Origin: Frateuria sp.
GTDB taxonomy: Bacteria; Pseudomonadota; Gammaproteobacteria; Xanthomonadales; Rhodanobacteraceae
Assembly (NCBI RefSeq): GCF_013362045.1
Contig: NZ_JABFWW010000018.1
Coordinates: forward strand, 1-50,697
Length of the DNA stretch: 50,697 nt
Reading direction: 5' to 3'
Shown here piece by piece: positions 37,441-47,151 of this stretch; positions within the stretch are counted from its first letter, which is position 1, and each line of letters opens with the position of its first letter. The notes beneath the pieces are model-generated. The model searched no databases. It saw only the letters and a list, made by a program, of their open reading frames with translations, and was not told where the DNA came from. The translations under genes were made by a program, and so were the position numbers.

Positions 37441-37770
37441 TCAGTCGTCATCGCTGCGCAACAGTTTGCGCAGCAGCAGGAACGCGCCCACGGTACCGGC
37501 CACCAGCGCCACGGCGGCCACCGGATGGCGGCTGGCGTGCCGGCGCATGCGGCGGTACTGGTAGCTGGCCTCGTCGGCCAGGTCCTCGGCCATGTGCGAA
37601 AGCTGCTTGCCGTAGCCGTTGCCGCGACCGAAACGGCGCGTCAGGTTGCGGCCCCGTTCGACCAGGTCGCTGGCGGTGTCGGCCGTCTCGCTGGCGTAAT
37701 GGCGCACGCGGTCGCGCACGCGTTCGCTGGCGCCATCGAAGCGCTGCTCGATATCGCGATTTCGGTTCAT
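37441..37770 (-). CDS. Tail-anchored small protein, ElaB/YqjD-like architecture
   Basis: AGGAGG RBS; charged helical body, HP-then-hydrophobic C-terminal anchor. Confidence 0.7.
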   Translation of the reverse strand: MNRNRDIEQRFDGASERVRDRVRHYASETADTASDLVERGRNLTRRFGRGNGYGKQLSHMAEDLADEASYQYRRMRRHASRHPVAAVALVAGTVGAFLLLRKLLRSDDD

Positions 37771-37948
37771 GGTGCCTCCTGTGCGTCGAGGCCCCAGCCT
37801 GAGCGCGCCGGCGTGAGCGAGGCGTCGAAAGGGCCCGCGCGCCGGCGGCGCGATTCAGGCTGGTGTCACCCTGAGGGGCAGGCATCGTGGCGCCCGAGTG
37901 CTTCGCGCGGACGTTGGCGGATGCCGCTGCACGGAGACGTGGTGCGGT

Positions 37949-38866
37949 CTAGAAGATCTCCGCCACGCAGCAACGCAGGCTGCCGCCCGCCTTCTCGATC
38001 TCGTCCAGCTCGACCGCGCCGATGCGGAAGCCATACCCGGCCAGCGACTGGCGTTGTTCCTCGGTCAGCGCTGCGGCGGCCGCCGCGCTCATCCAGACAC
38101 GCTCATCGGCCAATGCGATCGCGTTGCCGGCGAAGGCCTGCTTCTGGGCCGGCGTGAGCCACACCGCCCGCCCGCCGTAGGCTGCGGCGATCGCGCGCGG
38201 CACCACGGCGTCGGCGAAGCCGTCCGGCGCCGCGATCACCGCACGGCCGGCCAGCAGCGCCAGCACCACGTTGGTGTGGTACTCGCCCGCGGCCAGCGCG
38301 AAGCAGAAGGTCAGGCGCAGCCCGAACGCCTCGTGCATGGCGTGCGCGCCGGCTTCGTCGCAGCGTTCGGACAGGCCGCAGTAGCCCACCCCGCGCGCAT
38401 GGTCGATCACCAGCGAACCGGTCAGCTCGGCGACGCAGTCGGTGCGGCCTGAGAGGTCGATCTCCCGGTAACCGATGGCCTGGGTGAAGAAGTCGCGCAC
38501 GTCGCGGCGGCCCGCTTCGCGCTGGCGCACCGCATGACGCATGCGGCCGACGATCAGCCGCCCGGGCGCGGTGGCGAACACGTTGTTGGGAAACACCGCG
38601 TCGGGCGTGCTGGCGTCGCCGGGGAAGGTGATCACCGGGCAATCGGCGCGCAGCGCCTGCGCGAGCGCCGCGTGCTGGGCCAGCGCGCGCAGCGGGTCGA
38701 CGTCGCGTTCCAGGTCCATGTAGCGGTTGTCGCTGGCCGACTCGGCCGCCAGCGCGAATTCCGCCGGCGCCAGCAGGAAGGCCGCGCGCGCGGTGGCCTG
38801 CGCACCGGGCAGCGGCGACAGCGTCGCGAAGGCTTCGAGGAAGGCGTCGGGCGAAGTGACGATCAC
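37949..38866 (-). CDS. Amidinotransferase / arginine deiminase-related (pentein) protein
   Basis: TPDAVFPNN, RQRE, ELTGS, YHTNV, EKAGGSLRCC; GTG start with GGGAG RBS (alternative ATG 38893). Confidence 0.85.
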   Translation of the reverse strand: MIVTSPDAFLEAFATLSPLPGAQATARAAFLLAPAEFALAAESASDNRYMDLERDVDPLRALAQHAALAQALRADCPVITFPGDASTPDAVFPNNVFATAPGRLIVGRMRHAVRQREAGRRDVRDFFTQAIGYREIDLSGRTDCVAELTGSLVIDHARGVGYCGLSERCDEAGAHAMHEAFGLRLTFCFALAAGEYHTNVVLALLAGRAVIAAPDGFADAVVPRAIAAAYGGRAVWLTPAQKQAFAGNAIALADERVWMSAAAAAALTEEQRQSLAGYGFRIGAVELDEIEKAGGSLRCCVAEIF

Positions 38867-38909
38867 GGCAGGGCTCCCTGAGGGTATGCCCATGGTAAGC
38901 GCGGGCGGC

Positions 38910-40166
38910 TTAAAGCGTCTTGGCGGTGGCCTCCTCCGCCGCCTCGATCGCCGCCGCTTCCAGGTGCAGCTTCTGGCGCCGGCGCAGCGTGGGGAACATC
39001 GCCATCCACAGCCCCACCACCGCCAGCGTGCCGATGCCGCCCACCACCGCCGCGCCCACCGCGCCCAGCCACGCGGCCACCAGGCCGGACTCGAATTCGC
39101 CGAGCTGGTTGGAGGTGTTGATGAAGATCGAGTTGACCGCGTTGACGCGCCCGCGCATCGCATCGGGCGTATCCAGCTGCACCATCGAACCGCGGATCAC
39201 CATGCTCACCATGTCGAACGCGCCGCCGGCAAACAGTGCGGCCAGCGACAGCCACATCCACGGCGACAGCGCGAACACCAGCGTGGCCACGCCAAAGCCC
39301 GCCACCGAGGCGAACATGAGCATGCCCACGCGCCGCGTCAGGTCGTGCCGCGCGAGCGCGAACGACATCAGCAGCGCGCCGACCGCGGGCGCCGCGCGCA
39401 ACAGGCCCAGCCCCCACGGGCCGGTGTGCAGGATGTCGCGGGCGAAGATCGGCAGCAGTGCGGTGGCGCCGCCGAACAGCACCGCAAACAGGTCGAGCGA
39501 GATCACGCCCAGCACGTCCTTGCGCGCGCGGATGAAGTGCACGCCGGCGAACAGCGACCTGAGCGTGGCCGGTTCGCGCTTCGGCGGCGTCTGCTCGTAG
39601 CGCAGCACCGCCATCAGCGTGGCGGCGACCAGGTACAGCCCGGCCGCACTCGCGTAGACCACGCCGGGGCCGGCCACATAGAGCAGGCCGCCCACCGCCG
39701 GGCCCAGCACCATCGCCATCTGGAAGGCCGAGCCGCTCACCGCCACCGCACGCGGCAGGATCGCCGGCGGCACCAGCACCGGCAGCAGCGAGGACATCGA
39801 GGGCGACTCGAACGCCTTGGCCGTGCTGATCACGAAGACCAGCGCCAGGATGCCCCGCTCGTCGATGCGGTGGGCGAAGCTGAGGAAGGCAAGCAGGGCG
39901 ATCGCGCACCATTCGACGATCTGCCCGATCAATACCACGCGGCGTCGTTCGAACTGGTCGGCCACGTGGCCGGCTGGCAGGGCCAGCAGCACCGAGGGAA
40001 AGAACTGCACCAGTCCGATCAACCCCAGGTCCAGCGCGCGGCCGGTGATCGCGTAGATCTGCCAGGCCACCGCCACCGACAGCATCTGGAAGCCGAAGCC
40101 GGAGGCGATGCGGGCGAACCAGAACTGCACGAAGGCGCGGTGCTGCAGCAGCGAGTCGGGGCGCAT
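38910..40166 (-). CDS. MFS transporter, EntS/DHA3-like
   Basis: GHVADQFERRR, LGPAVGG, LDLFAVLFGG, TPDAMRGRV. Confidence 0.9.
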   Translation of the reverse strand: MRPDSLLQHRAFVQFWFARIASGFGFQMLSVAVAWQIYAITGRALDLGLIGLVQFFPSVLLALPAGHVADQFERRRVVLIGQIVEWCAIALLAFLSFAHRIDERGILALVFVISTAKAFESPSMSSLLPVLVPPAILPRAVAVSGSAFQMAMVLGPAVGGLLYVAGPGVVYASAAGLYLVAATLMAVLRYEQTPPKREPATLRSLFAGVHFIRARKDVLGVISLDLFAVLFGGATALLPIFARDILHTGPWGLGLLRAAPAVGALLMSFALARHDLTRRVGMLMFASVAGFGVATLVFALSPWMWLSLAALFAGGAFDMVSMVIRGSMVQLDTPDAMRGRVNAVNSIFINTSNQLGEFESGLVAAWLGAVGAAVVGGIGTLAVVGLWMAMFPTLRRRQKLHLEAAAIEAAEEATAKTL

Positions 40167-40283
40167 GGAAATTTCCGCGGGCGAAGGGGGAATTATCGCC
40201 GGCGGCGGCGCGGCCGGGAACTTCACGGCCACTTGCCCATTCGCGCCCTAGCCTCGCCCCATCGCCGCAGCAGGAGACGCGCC

Positions 40284-40586
40284 ATGGGCCGCCAGGCCGA
40301 ACACGTCTACACCGACCAGCCCACCATCGCGCGCTTCAACGGTATGGTCGAGCACCTGCAGAACGGCGCGCGCGTGCGGCTGCACCTGGCCGACGGCAGC
40401 AGCTGCGAGGGCGTGGTCGCCGCACGGCCGACGGTGCAGGAGTACTACGACGGCGACGGCAACGAGGGCAGCAATGGCGTGGTGCACCTGGAGCGCGAGG
40501 GCAGCTCGGAGTGGAAGCGCTACGTCTGGTTCGACCAGATCGAGCGCATCGAACATTTCGGTTCCGATGCGCCTTCGTGGAACTAG
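40284..40586 (+). CDS. DUF3247-like small protein
   Basis: AGGAG RBS; VYTDQPTIA, RPTVQ, GNEGSNG motifs. Confidence 0.75.
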   Translation: MGRQAEHVYTDQPTIARFNGMVEHLQNGARVRLHLADGSSCEGVVAARPTVQEYYDGDGNEGSNGVVHLEREGSSEWKRYVWFDQIERIEHFGSDAPSWN

Positions 40587-40589
40587 CGG

Positions 40590-42407
40590 TCAGCCGGCAG
40601 CGCTGCCGCGGCTGAAGCCATCCGCGCTCCAGCCTTCGCTGCCCACGCCGTGGTGCACGAAGAACAGGCCGTCGGGGTCGTACTTGCGTTTCGCGGCGGC
40701 GAGCCTCGCGTAGTTGCTTCCCCAGAAGCCCTGCTGCCAGTCGCGCAGGAAGTAGTCGCTTTCCGAAACGTAGGAGCCGGCGTTGGGCGCCACGGCGCGA
40801 AGTGGAGCCATCGTCTGCTCGACGGCCGTCGCCCTGCGCCGCGCCATGGCCAGGTCGGGCTTCGCGCCTGGCATGCCCGGAAAAGCAGGGGCGTCGCCGC
40901 AGGCGCTGATGGCGAGGGCGAACGCGTCGAGCACTTGCGGGTGCGTGGCGGTGTCGCGCGCGCGGGCGATTGCGTCGGCAGGCGCACCGGCCAGGCCCTT
41001 GTTGAAGTGCAGCGCGACGCCGTGGTGCCGTGCGGCTTCGGACAAGGCATCCACCAAGGCAGCCTGCCGCGCCGGCTGCAGCAGCGTGGCCGGCAGCCAT
41101 GCCGACTGGTAGCCGTGGATGAACCAGCCCACCTGGTCGTGGTCGCCGGCCCACACGAAGTGGTGGCGGGGCGCGCCTGGCCGATCGTCGGACACGATGG
41201 CGCTCGGCAGGTATCTGCGCAGGAATTCGGCGTCCCATAGATGCCGGGCCGGCGCCGCCAGTACCTGGAACGCCCGGGTGACGCGGACGTCCTTGCGGGC
41301 CTGCACCCAGGCTAGGAAGGGCGCCCAGGTCTGCTCGGCCTGTTGCTGGGTGAGGCCCTGGAACACCATGGAGACCTCGAAGGTGTCGCCACCGTAGAAT
41401 TTCATCTGCTCGCCCCAGTGCGGGTTGAACAGCGCGCGCTGGTAGAAGCCCACCGCCTCGGCGACCAGGGCGCGGTAAGCCGCGGCCGTGTCGGCCTTGA
41501 TGGTGAGGTTGACGCCACCGAAGAACCCGGGAAGCTCGAAGGTGCGCAGGGTCAGCCGCGTGACCACGCCCAGGCTGCCGCCACCACCGCCCTTGAGGCC
41601 CCAGAACAGCTCGGGGTTCGTGCAGGCGTTGGCGATGCGCACCTGGCCATCGGCGGTCACCACTTCGGCCTCCAGCAGGTTGCACGCGGCCGTGCCCCAT
41701 TGCTTCGAGAAGCTGCCGAAGCCGCCGCTCTGCACCAGCCCGGCCACCCCCACCGTGGTGCAGCCGCCGCCCTGCACATAGCGGCCGCCGCGGGTGGTCA
41801 CGGCGTCGTAGGCGTCGATCCACATGGCACCCGCCTGCACGCTCACCGCCGGCAGTGGCGCGACGCGGCCGGTGCAGCCTTGCGGCACGAAGGCGTCGTG
41901 CAGGGCGACCTGGTTCATGTGGCGCGTCCATACCAGCAGCGAATCGGCCGCGTTGGAGGTGCCCTGGTAGCTGTGCCCGCCGCCCTTGACCACCAGGCGC
42001 AGGCGGTGCCGCCGCGCGAAATCCACCGCCGCGGCCACGTCGGCCGACGATGCGGCCGCCACCGCATAGGCGCTGGGCCGCGAGGTCCAGGCATCGGCCC
42101 AGCCGCTGGTCTGGGTCAGCGCCGGGTCGTCGCCCAAAGCGAAGGGGTTGCCCAGTTCCTTCAGCGCCTTCGCGCGGGCGTCGGCGCTGGCCCCGGGGGC
42201 GAACGGCGACACCGGCTCCAGCAGGCGTCCGCCGACCGCACGGCGCAGCGCGTCCCACTCGGCTGGCGCCGGCCAGCCCGGTTGGCCCGGCCGCAGCCGC
42301 GCGCGCAGGGCACCGGACACGGCGGCGGGCAGGGCCTGGGCGGTGCGAGCCAGCAGGGGCAGCAGCGGCAGGGTGAGGGCAGCCTTCAGCAGTTCGCGTC
42401 GTTTCAT
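40590..42407 (-). CDS. Tat-exported FAD-binding oxidoreductase, BBE-like
   Basis: MKRRELLK twin-arginine signal; KGGGHSY, GGCTTVG, LFWGLKGGGGG, YVSE, KRKYDPDGLF; GGAG RBS. Confidence 0.9.
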   Translation of the reverse strand: MKRRELLKAALTLPLLPLLARTAQALPAAVSGALRARLRPGQPGWPAPAEWDALRRAVGGRLLEPVSPFAPGASADARAKALKELGNPFALGDDPALTQTSGWADAWTSRPSAYAVAAASSADVAAAVDFARRHRLRLVVKGGGHSYQGTSNAADSLLVWTRHMNQVALHDAFVPQGCTGRVAPLPAVSVQAGAMWIDAYDAVTTRGGRYVQGGGCTTVGVAGLVQSGGFGSFSKQWGTAACNLLEAEVVTADGQVRIANACTNPELFWGLKGGGGGSLGVVTRLTLRTFELPGFFGGVNLTIKADTAAAYRALVAEAVGFYQRALFNPHWGEQMKFYGGDTFEVSMVFQGLTQQQAEQTWAPFLAWVQARKDVRVTRAFQVLAAPARHLWDAEFLRRYLPSAIVSDDRPGAPRHHFVWAGDHDQVGWFIHGYQSAWLPATLLQPARQAALVDALSEAARHHGVALHFNKGLAGAPADAIARARDTATHPQVLDAFALAISACGDAPAFPGMPGAKPDLAMARRRATAVEQTMAPLRAVAPNAGSYVSESDYFLRDWQQGFWGSNYARLAAAKRKYDPDGLFFVHHGVGSEGWSADGFSRGSAAG

Positions 42408-42469
42408 CGCAGTGGCTCCAGGTGGATCGATGCAGCCTACGGCGTGCACCCGCCGCCGGCACGGCACGG

Positions 42470-42522
42470 GTGACCGGCCGTGGGGCGGCCGGGACGAGCC
42501 GCCAGCCCGCTGGGACGAACCG
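42470..42522 (-). promoter_or_regulatory. Three 11-bp direct repeats with 21-bp period; putative LytTR operator
   Basis: GTGACCGGCCG (42470), GGGACGAGCCG (42491), GGGACGAACCG (42512); TAGGCT -10 on the minus strand at 42434-42439. Confidence 0.7.
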
Positions 42523-42549
42523 TGGCGGCGCCCACGTAGAATCGGCCGC

Positions 42550-43419
42550 ATGAACCGCACGGCCGGCCTCGAATACCGAACCTTTCACCGCTGGCGCAAG
42601 CCGGCCGAGGTCGGTTTCTGGATCCTGCTGGCGCTGCTCAACACCGTGTTCAACAGCATGGTGGCGCAGATCGACAACGCGCGGATCGCCGCCTGGGAGC
42701 CGTGGGTGTGGGAGTGGACCAGCTCGCTGGTGATCCTGGCGCTGGTGCCGGCGGTGCTGGCGGTGGAGCGGCGCTGGCCCTTTCGCGTCGACACCTGGCG
42801 GCGCAGCCTGCCCTGGCACCTGCTGGCGACGGTGCCCTTCAGCCTGCTGCACGTCACCGGCATGGTGGCCCTGCGCGCGCTGGCCTACCGCCTGGTCGGC
42901 CAGCGCTACGAGTGGGAGCCGGGCTACGGCTACGAGTACCTCAAGGACATCCGCACCTACTTCATCCTGATCGCGCTGATCTGCCTGTCGCGGCTGTGGC
43001 TGGTGCGCTGGCAGGGCGAGGCGCGGCTGCTTTCGGCGCCCGACGAGGGCCCGCCGGTGGAACCGGTGGAGCGGCCCGAGCGGTTCCTGGTGCGCAAGCT
43101 GGGCAGGGAGTTCCTGGTCAACGCACGCGAGATCGAATGGCTGCAGGCGGCGGGCAACTACGTCAACCTGCACGTGCGCGGGCGTGACTATCCGCTGCGC
43201 ACCACCATGGCGGCGATCGAGGAGCGGCTGGATCCCGCGCGCTTCGTGCGCGTGCACCGCAGCTACTTCGTCAATCTCGACTACCTGGCCGAGATCGAAC
43301 CGCTGGACACCGGCGATGCGCGGCTGAAGCTGCGCGACGGGGCGAGCGTTCCGTGCAGCCGCCGCTACCGCGCGCAGTTGCGCGAGCGTTTCGGCGACAC
43401 GCCGGCCACCACGGCCTGA
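42550..43419 (+). CDS. Membrane-anchored LytTR-family transcriptional regulator
   Basis: About 4 TM helices, then IEWLQAAGNYVNLH, FVRVHRSYFVN, CSRRY; no receiver domain. Confidence 0.9.
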   Translation: MNRTAGLEYRTFHRWRKPAEVGFWILLALLNTVFNSMVAQIDNARIAAWEPWVWEWTSSLVILALVPAVLAVERRWPFRVDTWRRSLPWHLLATVPFSLLHVTGMVALRALAYRLVGQRYEWEPGYGYEYLKDIRTYFILIALICLSRLWLVRWQGEARLLSAPDEGPPVEPVERPERFLVRKLGREFLVNAREIEWLQAAGNYVNLHVRGRDYPLRTTMAAIEERLDPARFVRVHRSYFVNLDYLAEIEPLDTGDARLKLRDGASVPCSRRYRAQLRERFGDTPATTA

Positions 43420-43491
43420 ACCGGCGTCGTGCTTGCGCCGCTCCCGCGCACGCTCCACGCTAAGGCTTTCCTCAAGTCCCGGAGTGCGCCG

Positions 43492-44214
43492 ATGAAGCTG
43501 CCGTCCCGTCCTTCCGCGATCGCGCTGTGCGGCCTGCTGGCGCTCGCCGGTTGCTCCTCGCAGGACCAGGACCAGGGCGCCAACCCGGGCCCGGCCGCCT
43601 CCGCCCAGGCCGATGCGGCAGCGCGCAAGCTCGACACCTACCGCCAGCTGCTGCGCATCCACAACGACGAGATGGCGGTGACCATGGGTCACGACATCCT
43701 CGACCACTACCCCGGCAGCGCCGCGGCGAAGGAGGTCGAGCAGACCCTGCCCGAGATCGAGAAGCGCTGGAAGGAAAACAGCGAGAAGAACCGCCTGGCC
43801 ACGCTGTGGCTCTACCAGGTGTCGCCGATGGAAGGCGGCACGCAATCGACCGCCACCATCTACGCCAGCCAGCCTGCCGCCAACGACCGCGTGCGGCTGG
43901 TGCTGCGCCGGCACACCGCATGGGGTCAGAACGCGTTCCTGTTCGGCAGCGGCCACGGCTTCGTCTGCCGCGGCAATTGCACCATTCCCGCCACCTTCGA
44001 CGGCAAGCCGCACGGCATCAAGGCGTTCGCGCCGTCCACCGGCGAGCCGGCGCTGATGATCCGCGACGACAGCGACTTCATCGCACGGCTACAGAAGGCG
44101 AAGAAGATCACCATGGACGTCACCCTGGTCGACGGCGAGAAGAAGGAGACTCTGGTCTACGAGGTCGGCGGCTTCGACCCGGCCAAGTGGCAGGCGCTGC
44201 CGAAGAAGAAGTGA
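43492..44214 (+). CDS. Hypothetical lipoprotein
   Basis: GGAG RBS; LAGC lipobox. Confidence 0.8.
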   Translation: MKLPSRPSAIALCGLLALAGCSSQDQDQGANPGPAASAQADAAARKLDTYRQLLRIHNDEMAVTMGHDILDHYPGSAAAKEVEQTLPEIEKRWKENSEKNRLATLWLYQVSPMEGGTQSTATIYASQPAANDRVRLVLRRHTAWGQNAFLFGSGHGFVCRGNCTIPATFDGKPHGIKAFAPSTGEPALMIRDDSDFIARLQKAKKITMDVTLVDGEKKETLVYEVGGFDPAKWQALPKKK

Positions 44215-44278
44215 CGGTACACCGGCGCGCCGCTGGCGCGTTGACTGCCTTGCCCGCCATGGCAGAGGAGGCACGCCC

Positions 44279-44713
44279 ATGTCCTTCAAGCGAGTGATGT
44301 TCGCCGGCACCGCGGCCGCGCTGCTGGCCGCCTGTTCCAGCGTCCCGTATGCGCAGCGCGAGGCCCAGCGCACGGCTGCCTACGGCGCGGCCGCCGGCGC
44401 GCCGGTCAAGAGCTTCCGCTTCTTCGCGCCGCTGTGGTCGTGGGAGCCGCTGGGCGAGGACCAGGTGGTCATCTACACCCGGCCCAGGGAGGCCTGGCTG
44501 CTCGACGTGCCCGGCTGCAACCAGCTGCCGTTCGCCACGGCGATCGGGCTGACCTCCAACCTCGACCAGGTATCGGTCAACTTCGACAAGGTGCTCACCG
44601 GGCAGGGCCAGTTCCCGTGCACGATCACCCGGATCCGCCCGGTCGACGTCGGCAAGCTCAAGGCGGTGCAGCAGGAACAGCGCAAAATCGAGGCCCAGCC
44701 TCGCCCCTCCTGA
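44279..44713 (+). CDS. Lipoprotein, DUF6491-like
   Basis: GAGGAGG RBS; LAAC lipobox; WEPL, Cys pair, CTITRIRP. Confidence 0.75.
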   Translation: MSFKRVMFAGTAAALLAACSSVPYAQREAQRTAAYGAAAGAPVKSFRFFAPLWSWEPLGEDQVVIYTRPREAWLLDVPGCNQLPFATAIGLTSNLDQVSVNFDKVLTGQGQFPCTITRIRPVDVGKLKAVQQEQRKIEAQPRPS

Positions 44714-44724
44714 GCCCGTGCGCG

Positions 44725-44750
44725 GTAGGGTGGGTTTCAGCCCACCCCAC
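44725..44750 (+). repeat. GTAG-family REP palindrome between convergent genes
   Basis: GTAG-GGTGGGTTTCAGCCCACC-CCAC. Confidence 0.7.
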
Positions 44751-44759
44751 GGTTTGCCG

Positions 44760-45581
44760 TCAGTTGAGAAACAGCTTCTCGGCCAGCTTCGCCAGCGGTT
44801 TCTCCAGCGCGCCCTGCAATCGCGGCGGAAAGTCCAGCGGCTTGAGCAGCATCTTCACCGTCATCTCGGCCGGAATGTGCCGGCGCAGCAGGTCCTGCGC
44901 CTTGCCGGCGACCTTGCGGAAGGCCTCGCGGTCGCCCCGGTGCTGCGGGTAGCACTGCTCGAACACGTGGCGCAGGGCGATGTCGCTGTCCTCGCTGCGG
45001 ATCTCGTTGACCCGCCTGAGCACCGCGCGGAACACCTTGTAGCGGCCCAGCCCTTCGGTGTCGCGGTAGCGGCGGAAGTGCTGGTAGAAGTACTTGAAGT
45101 GGCGCACCTCGTCGCTCTTGATGTAGCCGGTGAGCTGCTTGAGCACCGGCTCGTCGGTGATCTCGTGCAGCGCGCGGTAGAGGCTGGCGGTGCCGGTCTC
45201 GACCACGCAGCGCGCGGCCAGCTCCAGCCCGCGGCTGTCCTCCAGCTGCTCGGCCGTGCACACCGCGCCGTACTCGGTCCAGAACGCGGCGAAACCCCTG
45301 TCCCAGTCGAACTCCGGCCACACCGCGCGCACGTAGGCGGCGAGCGCGCGGCCGTGCTGCAGCTCCTCATGCTCCCAGTGCTGGCTGAGCCAGGTCTGCA
45401 GTACCTCGTCGCCGTCGAAGTGGGCGACCAGGTTGTGCGTGTACAGGTCCGAGCCGCTCTCGACGAAGGAGGAGCTGCACAGCAGGAAGAACAGCTCTTC
45501 GTTGTGGCGCACGCACGTGCGGTCGATGCGCCCGAGGTCGAGGCTTTCGAGCATCCAGGGCAACGAGGGAACGTAGCTCAC
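44760..45581 (-). CDS. Ferritin-like di-iron domain protein
   Basis: FVES, EELQH, VVET, DEVRH di-iron ligand pattern; GTG start with GGAG. Confidence 0.85.
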   Translation of the reverse strand: MSYVPSLPWMLESLDLGRIDRTCVRHNEELFFLLCSSSFVESGSDLYTHNLVAHFDGDEVLQTWLSQHWEHEELQHGRALAAYVRAVWPEFDWDRGFAAFWTEYGAVCTAEQLEDSRGLELAARCVVETGTASLYRALHEITDEPVLKQLTGYIKSDEVRHFKYFYQHFRRYRDTEGLGRYKVFRAVLRRVNEIRSEDSDIALRHVFEQCYPQHRGDREAFRKVAGKAQDLLRRHIPAEMTVKMLLKPLDFPPRLQGALEKPLAKLAEKLFLN

Positions 45582-45663
45582 GCGAACTCCGGCGTGTGAC
45601 CGAATGGTGACAAAGCATACGGCCTGGCGTTGCCGGCGGATTAACCCCGCCCGACCCGCTGCC

Positions 45664-46080
45664 TCAGCGCACCACCGTCACCGGCACATGCGCGCGCGCC
45701 AGCACGTCGCCGGAGACCGAGCCGAGCAGCCACCGTGCCAGGTTGCCACGCTCGGTGTGGCCGATCACGATGTGGTCGATGCCGTGCTGCTGCACCTGGC
45801 CGAGCAGCACGTCGCCCGGGCTGCCATGGGTCACTTCCACGTCGACCAGGTGCCTGGCGTCCGGCTCCATGGCGACCAGTTCGTCCAGCAGCTCCTGCGC
45901 ACGCTGCGCGCTGGAGTCGGCCATCATCAACGTGCAGGCGTCGGCGCCGCCCTCGGTCACCTGCAGCACGGAGACCACCCGTACCCGTCCACGGCAGACG
46001 CGCGCCAGGGCGACGGCGAGCTGGAACGCCCGTTGCGAGGTGGGTGAGCCGTCGTAGCCGACCAGCGAATAACTGAACAT
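45664..46080 (-). CDS. Universal stress protein
   Basis: LVGYDGS, GSPGD, DHIVIG, LLGSVS, PVTVV. Confidence 0.9.
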   Translation of the reverse strand: MFSYSLVGYDGSPTSQRAFQLAVALARVCRGRVRVVSVLQVTEGGADACTLMMADSSAQRAQELLDELVAMEPDARHLVDVEVTHGSPGDVLLGQVQQHGIDHIVIGHTERGNLARWLLGSVSGDVLARAHVPVTVVR

Positions 46081-46125
46081 GGCGCTTCTCCGTTGCGCGT
46101 GTGCCGGATGATTATGCCGCTGCCG

Positions 46126-46995
46126 TCAGCGATCGCACGGTTCGACCACCCGCGCGTGCAGGTTGGGACGGATCGGCACGCCGCGCACCTCCGCCACGTT
46201 CTGGGTCAGCTCCGCGCCGAGCAGCAGGATCACCACCGAGTAGTACACCCACACCAGCAGCACCACCACGCTGCCGGCCGGTCCGTAGGCGCCGCCCACG
46301 TTGCTGTGGGAGAGGTACACGCTGATGCCGAACTTGCCCACGGCGAACAGCACCGCAGTGAAGGCGCCGCCCAGCAGCGCGTCGCGCCAATGGATGCGCG
46401 CGTCGGGCAACACCTTGTAGATCGAGGCGAACACCAGACCGAACAGCAGCAGCGCCGCCAGCGCGTCGATGCCGTTCCAGGCAACGGTGTCGCTGCGCAC
46501 GAACACGGCGATCGCGGCGCTCGCCACCAGCGAGACGATCAACAGGAACGCCAGCGTCAGCAGCAGGCCCAGCGCATGCATGCGCGTGAGCAGCCAGCTG
46601 AACACCGCGTTGCGCGGCGCCGCGCGCAGGTTCCACACGCGGTTGATCGCCAGCTGCAGCTGCGCGAATACCGTCGAGGCGCCGACAAGGGTCACCAGCA
46701 GGCCGAGGATGCCGGCCCAGTGGCCCAGCTGCGGGCGCTGCTTGGCGTTGCTGATCACCAGCTGCACCGCATCGGAGGCGCGCGTGCCGACCAGGTGGCT
46801 GATCGAGCCGACCAGCTGGTGCTGCCAGGCCGGCTGCAGCGAGGCGACCAGCCACAGCAGCAATACCAGCAGGGGCGCGAACGACAATGCCGAATAGAAC
46901 GCGACGGCCGCCGCGTGCGTCATCAGGTCGTCCTTGGCCGCGCCACTCGCGGTGCGTTTGACCACCTCGACGACGGATTGCCACAGCGGCCGCAT
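46126..46995 (-). CDS. YihY/BrkB family membrane protein
   Basis: AAAVAFYSALSFAPLL, LQLAINRVW, YKVLP, YGPAGS, WVYYS, LLGAE. Confidence 0.9.
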   Translation of the reverse strand: MRPLWQSVVEVVKRTASGAAKDDLMTHAAAVAFYSALSFAPLLVLLLWLVASLQPAWQHQLVGSISHLVGTRASDAVQLVISNAKQRPQLGHWAGILGLLVTLVGASTVFAQLQLAINRVWNLRAAPRNAVFSWLLTRMHALGLLLTLAFLLIVSLVASAAIAVFVRSDTVAWNGIDALAALLLFGLVFASIYKVLPDARIHWRDALLGGAFTAVLFAVGKFGISVYLSHSNVGGAYGPAGSVVVLLVWVYYSVVILLLGAELTQNVAEVRGVPIRPNLHARVVEPCDR

Positions 46996-47151
46996 GCGTG
47001 CCCTCCAGGCTTCGGTGGCGCAAAGCATGGAGCGGCACCTGCGCGGCGATCGTGAACGCCCCTCGCCGCATTTGCTGGCGGTTCCTTCACCCGCGGCGGG
47101 ACAGACTCGACCACGGGCCACAAGCACCCCGACGGGGAGAGGAGACCTGCG

